From a virus (lineage: Duplodnaviria; Heunggongvirae; Uroviricota; Caudoviricetes), in IMG/VR virus record IMGVR_UViG_3300042922_000906, positions 104,054-140,832 of that record: a DNA stretch of 36,779 nt, one strand, 5' to 3'. The notes under the pieces are model-generated. The model worked only from the letters and a program-made list of their open reading frames with translations. It made no database searches and was not told where the DNA came from. Shown here one piece after another: positions 15,824 to 24,700 of this stretch (its first letter is position 1; every line of letters starts with the position of its first letter). The position numbers were made by a program, and so were the translations under genes.

Positions 15824-17566
15824 ATGAATAAAGTGATTGAAAAACAACCAATTCTTATAACCGCCAAGATAAACACTGATAGTGCAAAAAGTACTAAAAT
15901 GAAAAAATTAAAAGTTTGCGCTTATTGCAGGGTTAGTACAGATAAAGATGAACAATTGAATAGTTATGAGAATCAAGTTGATCATTATGAAAATTATATT
16001 AAAGATAATAAAGATTGGGAATATGTTGGAATATTTGCTGATGAAGCCGTTAGCGGTACCAGTTTAAAAAACCGAACAGAATTTAAGCGAATGATACAAG
16101 AGTGTTTAAATGGTAAAATTGATATGATTTTAGTTAAATCTATTGCAAGGTTTGGAAGAAATACCGCTGATATACTTCAATATGTGAGACTTTTACGTGA
16201 TAATAATGTGGCTATATATTTTGAAACTGAAAGAATTAATACATTAAATAGTGATGGAGAAGTATTATTATCAATATTTAGCTCTTTAGCTCAAGATGAA
16301 AGTAGACAAACTTCTGAGCGTGTGAACTGGGGTAATGACAAATCATTTAAAAAGGGTAAAGTATATGGAAACGGCAATTTACTTGGTTATGATATTAGTG
16401 ATGGAAAATTAATTATAAACGAACAACAGGCAGAGGTAGTAAGGTTTATTTTCAATAATTATATTGATGGTGATGGTACTGTACAAATCTGTAGAAAACT
16501 TGAAAAATTAAATATTAAAACTGTCAGTGGAAAAAATAAATGGTCTCCTTCAACACTATTAGGAATTTTAAAAAATGAAAAGTATTGTGGGCATTTGTTA
16601 CAGCAAAAATATTATACTACAGACTACTTATCTCATAAATCATTAAAGAATAAGGGTGAAAAAAGGCAATATCTATTTGAAAAAAATCATGACCCAATAA
16701 TATCTCAAGAAATATTTAATAAAGTTCAAGAAGAAATTGAAAGAAGAAGAACCTTACAATTAGCCGAAACAGGAAGAAGAACTAAGCATAGTAACAAATA
16801 TCCGTTTAGTGGAATGCTTGAATGTGGAAAATGCAAAGAATCATTTAGAAGAACAGTTTGGCACAATGGTAAAAAATATGAAAGAGTTGTTTGGGAGTGT
16901 ATGGGGTATGTCAGAAATAAAAAAGATTTCTGTGATGCTTCAGCAGTTATTGATAGTGCTTTAAAAGAGGCTTTTGTACTAGTATATAATGATATTCAAG
17001 TTAATAAGGAAGAATTTCTTGAAGATTTTAAAAATGGTCTTGATTTTTACATTAATTCTACTGACTTTTCGAAAGAAATAAACATTGTAAATGATAAAAT
17101 TAACGATATTGAATTAGAGTTAAGCAATGTTATTAAATTGAAATCTATAAGTAAATTAAATAACAGTAACATTTATGATATGAATATATCACAGCTTGAA
17201 AATGTGTTAAACGACTTATACAACGAAAAAGAACAAATTGAGAAGACTTCAGATATATTTAATGATAGTCAAAAAACTATTGAAAAAATTAAAGTTGCAC
17301 TTAATGAATATAAACAGCTAGATTATTTCAATGAGAAAATTTTTAAAGACATAGTGTCAAAAATAATTATTATAGATTTTAATCATTATCAATTTATTCT
17401 CAAATCTGGACAAAAAATTGAGAAGAAGCTGGCATTTAAATCTAACGCAAGCTATGTCCTTCTCGATACATTTAAATGCGAAATTGACTTGAAATTATCT
17501 AAATGTTCTAACTTGAAAAACAAGGTAAATAACCAGTTTACGATAGATATCTATTTCGAAATATAA
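15824..17566 (+). CDS. Large serine recombinase (phage integrase)
   Basis: CAYCRVSTDKDEQ catalytic Ser motif, GTSLKNR, KSIARFGRN, recombinase domain (GYD, W..ST...ILKNEKYCG), zinc ribbon CGKC...C...C, coiled coil. Confidence 0.95.
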   Translation: MNKVIEKQPILITAKINTDSAKSTKMKKLKVCAYCRVSTDKDEQLNSYENQVDHYENYIKDNKDWEYVGIFADEAVSGTSLKNRTEFKRMIQECLNGKIDMILVKSIARFGRNTADILQYVRLLRDNNVAIYFETERINTLNSDGEVLLSIFSSLAQDESRQTSERVNWGNDKSFKKGKVYGNGNLLGYDISDGKLIINEQQAEVVRFIFNNYIDGDGTVQICRKLEKLNIKTVSGKNKWSPSTLLGILKNEKYCGHLLQQKYYTTDYLSHKSLKNKGEKRQYLFEKNHDPIISQEIFNKVQEEIERRRTLQLAETGRRTKHSNKYPFSGMLECGKCKESFRRTVWHNGKKYERVVWECMGYVRNKKDFCDASAVIDSALKEAFVLVYNDIQVNKEEFLEDFKNGLDFYINSTDFSKEINIVNDKINDIELELSNVIKLKSISKLNNSNIYDMNISQLENVLNDLYNEKEQIEKTSDIFNDSQKTIEKIKVALNEYKQLDYFNEKIFKDIVSKIIIIDFNHYQFILKSGQKIEKKLAFKSNASYVLLDTFKCEIDLKLSKCSNLKNKVNNQFTIDIYFEI

Positions 17567-17571
17567 ACCGT

Positions 17572-17610
17572 AAAAAAAGGGGAATAGACCGTTTTCACGA
17601 ATCTATTCCC
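17572..17610 (-). terminator. Intrinsic terminator at the convergence of integrase and lysis genes
   Basis: GGGAATAGA/TCTATTCCC stem (17580-17588/17602-17610); A7 tract at 17572-17578 gives a U-tract on the minus strand. Confidence 0.7.
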
Positions 17611-17619
17611 TATACTGTA

Positions 17620-18357
17620 TTAAACCTTATTTACAATATCTTTAACGCTATTAAGCTTATTTTCAATTATCTTAAATTCATTTTCAGTACTTTCAGCAAT
17701 TCCTTTAAATTCAATAATTATTTTAACCAACTCATCAGTTCCGACATTCCCTGTTTGTTCCAATCCATATTTTTTTTGTAGTGATTTTACAGATGCAAGA
17801 GTTTTATTACCGAAATTGCCATCAACATTTCCACAATCATATCCTAAATCATTAAGATAATTTTGTATAGTTTTTACTTTGTCATTTTTATCACCAAATT
17901 GAATATACATATCATCAACTCCCAATACCATATCTCTGATCTCTTGTTTCTGCTTTAATGTAATGCCGTTATGTATAATTAATTGAACATGCCAAGGTTC
18001 ATGCTCCATAGGTTTTATTAACCCATATGATTTTAATTCAGTGTTAGATAGTTGCGTAAACCATTCATCTGGTATATCCATAGCAATACAATAATTATGA
18101 TTTGACTTACCATATGCCGAAGCCCAACAAATCCTATTATCACCAGTGCCAGTATATACTGCACCATCTTCTGTCTGATAAGCACCTTTATGACTTGCCA
18201 AAACATCTTTATTTATTATTTTTTGTTTTTCTATACTTCTATAACCTGATGAACATAAGCAATCTTTCCCTTTAGCTACACATAAAATATTTATTGCTTG
18301 AATAAGTTTGGGGAAAACATATACTTCGTCAGAATACTTAAATTTAACACTAGGCAT
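17620..18357 (-). CDS. Endolysin: M15-family zinc peptidase plus PG_binding_1 domain
   Basis: SGYRS, SNHNYCIAMD (SxHx6D), EPWH; C-terminal VKTIQNYL..LGY..G.VDGNFG.KT..VKSLQ. Confidence 0.88.
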   Translation of the reverse strand: MPSVKFKYSDEVYVFPKLIQAINILCVAKGKDCLCSSGYRSIEKQKIINKDVLASHKGAYQTEDGAVYTGTGDNRICWASAYGKSNHNYCIAMDIPDEWFTQLSNTELKSYGLIKPMEHEPWHVQLIIHNGITLKQKQEIRDMVLGVDDMYIQFGDKNDKVKTIQNYLNDLGYDCGNVDGNFGNKTLASVKSLQKKYGLEQTGNVGTDELVKIIIEFKGIAESTENEFKIIENKLNSVKDIVNKV

Positions 18358-18373
18358 ATTTAATCACTTCTTT

Positions 18374-19210
18374 CTAATTCCAATACACAATGTTATTTAA
18401 CGTTCTTGATGTTGAATAGATTTTAGCACCAGATATAATCAAATTGCTTGAACCTCCTGCATCTAAACAAATAGAGCCATCACATTTATATTTTTTAGCA
18501 ACCTGAATAGCTATGTTATAATTTCCATTAAAAAATGCTATAAGTACTTTGCCTGTAGTAGAATTATAAGCCATAATATTTCTTATACACTTTCTACCAA
18601 CCTCATCTTTATCCCAACCTTCAATGATCATGTTTTCACCATCAAAAGTTTCAAAACCTTGAATACAAAACCATATCTGATTTTTCTTTTTATACTCCAT
18701 TAGTTCTATATCTTTCATTCTTTTTACAATTGTTGTACCATCTTTGAGAACTAAAAAAGTACCTCTGAACTTATTTGAATTACTGTAGTTCAATTCTTTT
18801 CCTTCACTATATAACCATCCAATTACATGATTCTTTTTATCCCCGTTTGCAAAATACCAAAAGAATGCACCATTCATAAAACTCTTGTGTTTTTGAAGTA
18901 GGGAAGTGGAAGTAGATGAAACTAAACTGCACTTTAAATCCTTCGGATTAAGCCAAATAATTTTTTCATTATAATTTTTTGTAATATTTTTAACTGCATT
19001 AATCAAAGCCTGATAAGTAACGTTCCCAACAATTCCATCAATTGGCTTGATGAGAGCATCCTCTTGAAACAGTTTAACAATTTTTTCTGTTCCACTTCCA
19101 AAAATTCCATCACATGATATATTAAAGCCACATGACTTTAATAATTTCTGCATAGTTAGAACTAAATTACCTTTAGAACCTTTTTTCAATAACATTAATT
19201 TAATCACCAC
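18374..19210 (-). CDS. PG_binding_1 plus phosphodiester glycosidase (NAGPA/DUF2233-like) protein
   Basis: N-terminal LKKGSKG...DGIFG..T...VKLFQ...DGIVG..T; C-terminal FMNGAFF, RNIMAY, CLDAGGSS resembling NGGFF, RTAIG, LDGGGS. Confidence 0.7.
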   Translation of the reverse strand: MVIKLMLLKKGSKGNLVLTMQKLLKSCGFNISCDGIFGSGTEKIVKLFQEDALIKPIDGIVGNVTYQALINAVKNITKNYNEKIIWLNPKDLKCSLVSSTSTSLLQKHKSFMNGAFFWYFANGDKKNHVIGWLYSEGKELNYSNSNKFRGTFLVLKDGTTIVKRMKDIELMEYKKKNQIWFCIQGFETFDGENMIIEGWDKDEVGRKCIRNIMAYNSTTGKVLIAFFNGNYNIAIQVAKKYKCDGSICLDAGGSSNLIISGAKIYSTSRTLNNIVYWN

Positions 19211-19253
19211 TTTCTTTTAAATAAGAAAAAGGAAGATAAGTTTTAAAATAAAA

Positions 19254-20558
19254 CTAAATTCTCTTCTTTTTTAAATTCAATCCGTTGTTTAAAATATTTT
19301 CTATATTATCAAAATCCCAATACCAAATTTCTAACAAGTTTATATTTTTATTTATTGCATATTGCTTCTTACGTCTATCATGTTCAAGTTGTTTCTCAAA
19401 ATCTTTTTTTGAATTATGAAAACCTTTAATAATTTTTTCATGTTGCTCACCTTGATATTCGATCAATAAGTTATGATCTGGTAGATAAAAATCATAAGAG
19501 AGAAGACCTCCTCCTAAACCAATTAGTCCATCAAAAGTTTTTTGAGGCTCATTAAGAATATGATGGATAGTTAAAATTTCAGAAATTCTTTTTTCTCCTT
19601 TTGAAAATGCACATGAAGGACATCTAAAATCATATGTATTTGAAGCATGAACATTCCGTTGATAATCTTCATGTATTCCTTCTGAACATTTCCACCATGG
19701 AACTTCTATGAGACTACCGATGGAAACCTCAAATGGAGTTTTTTCATTTTTATCAGACCATAATTCTATAGCCTTTGGTATATTTGCACCAAGTGAATCA
19801 AGTTCATGTACTTTTTTACTGCAACAATATCCACATCTAGTACCTTGAATGAATGAACAACATGCAACACTATATATATGATACTCAAATTTTTGGCACT
19901 GAAAAATCGGTTTCAAAGTTGAACTTCTTGGTACATCAAATGGATTTAGAACATTACTATTATGCCAATATTTTTCGAGAGCATCGTTTCCCAAATTATC
20001 AAATATCCATTGACCAATTGAATTGCATTTATTACATTTTGCTGAAGTATTTTGGTTCTTTATAATACAAGCAATACTTTTAAGCTCTGGCTCATGAACC
20101 CCTTTAGGACAATTAAACCAATAGTCTCCCTTAGTTTTATATACCTCACTCGGTAAACAATTATTTAATTCGTTATTCCATCTATCCAATAAATCATTTC
20201 TATTATTTTCAATACACCATTCTTCAAATGTTTCTTTTTTATATTTCTCTTTATATATAATTTGATTAGGTTCATCTTTAACTAAATTTTCTTTTATGCA
20301 ACATGTGCTACAATAATATTTGTTATCATAAAAAATGTTTTTAATATAGTCTTCATATTGTTTTGTCTCTAGTTTGCCACATATAGCACAATTCACCACT
20401 ACTGAATTTCTTTTTGTAAATGAAAATTCATACGTTTTTAATTTATTTTTTGACACATTAAACCCTCCGTTAAAAGTTTTATAAATGGAAAAAGACCCTG
20501 TGTTAACGGCACAGAGTCTTTGTTTTAAATCCATTAAGTTTGCAACCTTAATAGACAA
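19254..20558 (-). CDS. Zinc-ribbon-repeat protein with C-terminal PD-(D/E)XK/Vsr-like endonuclease domain, probable homing-type endonuclease
   Basis: Three W/F-x-C...H...CxxC repeats; SKGEKRI, YDFYLP, LIEYQGEQH, DRRKKQYA, LLEIWYWD; alternative ATG start at 20534. Confidence 0.75.
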   Translation of the reverse strand: MSIKVANLMDLKQRLCAVNTGSFSIYKTFNGGFNVSKNKLKTYEFSFTKRNSVVVNCAICGKLETKQYEDYIKNIFYDNKYYCSTCCIKENLVKDEPNQIIYKEKYKKETFEEWCIENNRNDLLDRWNNELNNCLPSEVYKTKGDYWFNCPKGVHEPELKSIACIIKNQNTSAKCNKCNSIGQWIFDNLGNDALEKYWHNSNVLNPFDVPRSSTLKPIFQCQKFEYHIYSVACCSFIQGTRCGYCCSKKVHELDSLGANIPKAIELWSDKNEKTPFEVSIGSLIEVPWWKCSEGIHEDYQRNVHASNTYDFRCPSCAFSKGEKRISEILTIHHILNEPQKTFDGLIGLGGGLLSYDFYLPDHNLLIEYQGEQHEKIIKGFHNSKKDFEKQLEHDRRKKQYAINKNINLLEIWYWDFDNIENILNNGLNLKKKRI

Positions 20559-20602
20559 CCATATTAATTTTATTCAGCAATATATTTCTTTAAAATACCC
20601 CT

Positions 20603-20618
20603 TAAAATAGTTGTTTTA
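20603..20618. repeat. TAAAA-N6-TTTTA inverted repeat (spacer TAGTTG)
   Basis: Intergenic, between the membrane protein stop and the endonuclease gene. Confidence 0.55.
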
Positions 20619-20624
20619 TATCCT

Positions 20625-21050
20625 TTAAAATAATTTATATCTTGGTTTATCCTCATGAAACAAAAGCCATCTTAAAACATCATCGAGAACAATAGCAATT
20701 ACTGAAAGTAAGAGCCAAGCTAACGAAAAATATAAAGATATCTGCCCAAAAATATTAAAGGGAAGATTACTATAATCCCAAATATGCAATCCTAACCACA
20801 CATTAAGAATTAAACCACTTATAAATTCTAGAAGTGTTATAATAATTGTAGCTATTAAACTTTGTAACCATAATGGGGTTTCCCATGAGTAAAGCTCATT
20901 GATTAATCCGCAAGCAACAAAACATAATCCACCTAAAATCGCCATTTGCCATGTAGATAAATTTCTGTAAAATATCTCAATAAAATAATAAATAAAGCCA
21001 CCGATACAAAAAAGTATCAGCAGCTTAAAAATAGATTTAATACATCTCAT
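20625..21050 (-). CDS. CmpB/TMEM229-like (putative ABC-transporter type IV) multi-pass membrane protein
   Basis: GGFIYYFIEI, LEFISGLILN, IWDYSNLPFNIFGQI motifs; about four TM segments. Confidence 0.8.
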   Translation of the reverse strand: MRCIKSIFKLLILFCIGGFIYYFIEIFYRNLSTWQMAILGGLCFVACGLINELYSWETPLWLQSLIATIIITLLEFISGLILNVWLGLHIWDYSNLPFNIFGQISLYFSLAWLLLSVIAIVLDDVLRWLLFHEDKPRYKLF

Positions 21051-21058
21051 AATATCAC

Positions 21059-21697
21059 CTATCCAATTATCGCAATTAAACCATCTAAATTATTTTTTAT
21101 GTCTTCATCAAAGTCCATGCCCCAAACAACAGCATCCACTTCTTCCTTTGTTGTACATCTTTGAGTTTGAGGTCTTAACCCTGAATTAAAAGTTAATTCT
21201 GTTATTTTTATAAAATATGTAGCTTCTTTAAAGAATGCAATAAATTTTTCAGCACTCCATAATGTACATTCTTCTCCATCACAATGCCATGAAACTGTTG
21301 TTTTACCAGCTGCAACTTCAGAATAAGTAGCCATTAATTTAACTTGATCTCCAACCTCAAGAGAATAATGTTTAATTTCATCATTATATTTAAAATCAAT
21401 TCCATTAATTGTTCTCTTATAACATTCATCACTAAAATCTTTAATCCTATTTTCAATTAATACTGACAAAGCCATTTCTTCGGAAGGTTTAATCCCTCCG
21501 CTGTTCTTATAGTACTCGTGGTATGCAATGAATACCTGTTCTTCGGATATCGAGCAGTCCTCTTCCGGAATAAAAAAAGGCATGGGATTATTAGGGGTGA
21601 TAATACTAAACCCAAACCCTGTATATTCCATATCCTGTACTTTACCAAGATTTTCAGAATTGTTGTATATTACTTCATCATTTTGTACTCTTAACAT
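21059..21697 (-). CDS. DUF4376-like tail-fibre partner or chaperone (likely start ATG 21697)
   Basis: HYSL...DQ.KL...SWHCDGEECTLWSAE pattern; AGAAGGTG RBS before 21697 removes the overlap with the fibre gene. Confidence 0.65.
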   Translation of the reverse strand: MLRVQNDEVIYNNSENLGKVQDMEYTGFGFSIITPNNPMPFFIPEEDCSISEEQVFIAYHEYYKNSGGIKPSEEMALSVLIENRIKDFSDECYKRTINGIDFKYNDEIKHYSLEVGDQVKLMATYSEVAAGKTTVSWHCDGEECTLWSAEKFIAFFKEATYFIKITELTFNSGLRPQTQRCTTKEEVDAVVWGMDFDEDIKNNLDGLIAIIG

Positions 21698-21704
21698 TAT
21701 CTTT

Positions 21705-24700
21705 CTACACCTTCTTTCTGCAATCTGCATCCAGTTTAATTGTGACATATGCTCCACAATTTAATGCATTATCTGCCAATGTACCAGCAAGTAACACAAC
21801 GTTAATAACAACATAATCTTTAGTCACATATCTGACAATAGGACTACCATTCAATATATCAGCAGCTTTTACAGTTGTTGGATTACCAATATTATCTGTA
21901 ACCACCATTGACCAAGATTTTATATTAATATATGGAACTGTATTTTTAGTCACCTTAAACGGGATATTTATCGCTACATTTGTTTGACTTTGTTGAGTAA
22001 ACCATGTTCTTGTACCTCTATATGGCATTTGAGTGCCATTAGCATCACCACCAGAAACAATACTCTCAAGGCTAGCTAAATCATTTATATCATCTAATAC
22101 GCTGCTCTTAGCTTGTTTCTGTTCAAGTTCCTTGCTATGTCCTTCCAACGTTGCTATTACACTCTGAGAGTAAGACAATGATAGGCTACCAAATGATTGA
22201 GCATGTATGGTTTTAAGGATTTGGTAGTCTACGGTGTAGGTTGCAGAGGTATCATATTTACCTTGGTCTATATATGCATCGGCTCTACCTATTGCGTAAA
22301 TATCGTCTTGTCTTAATACCCATGCATCATATATGCTATTATGATACACACCTGTTATAATTTCTGCCTTATACTTAAGATTACTTCCTGCTCTTAAAGT
22401 ATTATTAACTCCGTAATTTGTACCATATAAAACAGCATTGGCGATTTCAGCCAGTACAATACCAGAATCAACCGTAATGTAGTTGTCACCCTTAACCATA
22501 TCCCATATTTCACCATGAACATGGGTATTGATATCTGTTATCGGTTCTGGATTAGCCAGTTTGTAGTGTAATTGATATCCTTCATACCCAGAGGATACAT
22601 TAGTTTTACAATAATTCACAATCCTATAGTCACCACCAGTTGGATTGTCTCCACGTACCACCACACGTCCTACAGCAAAATCAAGTGCTGCTCCATAAGC
22701 AGTAGTAATTACATTTCCAACTATATTTGTTATTATTACACCACCTTGACCATATATAAATATAACCTCACCAATTTTAAATATACTAGCATCAGCCACG
22801 GTAATACTTGTATTACCTGTTGTAACGGGAGCGGTCAAGGTAGTAGCAGTACCAGAAGGATAAACTGATGTATCAGTACCAAAAACTGATGTAGGTTTAC
22901 TCAGATTTGCCCAGAGGTTATATCGACCAACGCCAACATCATATGATAAAGTTCTCCAACCATTCATATATGATTTTATTTCATCTGAATTTGGTTGGAC
23001 AGCATCTATCCACCCCGAACTTAAATTAGGTATACCTATTAAAAAATAGTTTAGTGAGGCTACGGCACGATATTGGTCACCAGCTATAACTGCTGAGTCC
23101 TCTCCAAAAGATTTAAGCACTTGCCCATCATATTTTATAAGATAAGAATTAGACGCTACACCTAATGAAAATTCCCTATTCATTATAACTATCTCCTTAC
23201 TACCACTGGGATTAGCATTAATTTGCCAATCATAATCCTTACCATATAATGTTCTATGTTTCCAGTTTAATAACCCCGACACTTTACCATTTTCTATATT
23301 TACTTGATCATCTTGAGTAAACTGACCTTCTATCACAAATCTCTGTAAATCACAGGATTTGTATGCAGTAGGAGCAGTTGTACCTTCCACAAGCATAATA
23401 GAATCAAAATATGTTGTGCCTGCTGTTGTTCCCCCATGCAGAATTAGATGAATTTCTGTACTATCACCCGTATTAATTACACCCAAACCATCATGCAGTT
23501 GTGATCCTCCAGAATTTAAGGTTATAAAGAATCCATTACCACTCCAGTTGCCTGATAGGTAATAGTTTGTATTAGGTTTTACTTTTATAGTTTGCCCCCA
23601 ATAAGTATAAGCAGAAGTCGTTACTAATTTGAATTTACCATTCTCGACTGATATTGTTCCAGTTCCATACATAAATTGCCAATACCCTATACCTTCTTCA
23701 CAGTTACCATTTCTTACTAAATTGTAGCGCCTGTTTTCAAAGTATGGATTTTGGAGACAAGCGTAACTATCTACATATGGATACTTTACCAATAACTCTG
23801 CATCGCTTAAAGCGTAATCAGTAGCAGATATTTCATTTAGCATAAATCCATCTATATAGATATATTGTCCTGCTGTTCCCACAAAATCTATAGCTATAGC
23901 ATCTCCAGATGTCATCTGAGCTGGTGTAGCTTTTATGATTACTCGGGTAAACTTAGAAGTATCTGTAATTTCTGGACTAACAATATTTAAAGTAGCTCCA
24001 TCATTTGATTTTCTGAGTATAGCTCTAGTAGCATTACCAATTTTAATATAGACAGTTACCATATAGTATTTAGAAACATCTATATTTTTGGGAAACATAT
24101 AAAATGTTCCAGAAGTAGCTGTTAAAGTTGCCTTTATACTGTATGTTCCATACATCTTATTTGTTGAATCAAGTGTTGGTGTACACTGATATACGCTCCA
24201 CTTACTTATATCTTCACAATTACCGTCTTTACCCAATAAGTTAACTACAGAAAACCCTTTAAACTTGAACTTAGGTGCTGTAGGCATTTCGGGTATTTGA
24301 ATTTTACTATTCATACCAAATCCAATTGTGGGAGTTATAACTGAACCAGAAGATATTTTATCAGATATAGTATTGATTTCGTTAGTGGCATTATTAAATT
24401 GTGTCTGAATAGAAGATGTAACACCGCCAATATAATTTAACTCCGATACAGATACACTCAAGCCAGTTAAACTATCCGCAACATCAGCAGAGTTAACCTT
24501 ACCATCGTTATTATTGTCGTAAACTTGATATGTCATATTTCCTGAACCAGCAGTTGATATCCACTGAGAACCATTCCAATATTTTATAGATGCGTCTGTT
24601 GTGTCAAACCAAATTTGATTATTATATGGAGAGACAGGTGCAGTATCACCAACATAATAGTCACCTTTTTTAGCAATACAAATCCACTTAGTTTCATCAG

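Noticed and set aside
21698-21757. Apparent 53-nt overlap between tail fibre and downstream gene
   Set aside because: A better start (ATG 21697 with AGAAGGTG RBS) removes the overlap
21705-22200. Possible diversity-generating retroelement target at the fibre C-terminus
   Set aside because: No reverse transcriptase and no adenine-divergent template repeat seen in this window; cannot be excluded elsewhere in the genome
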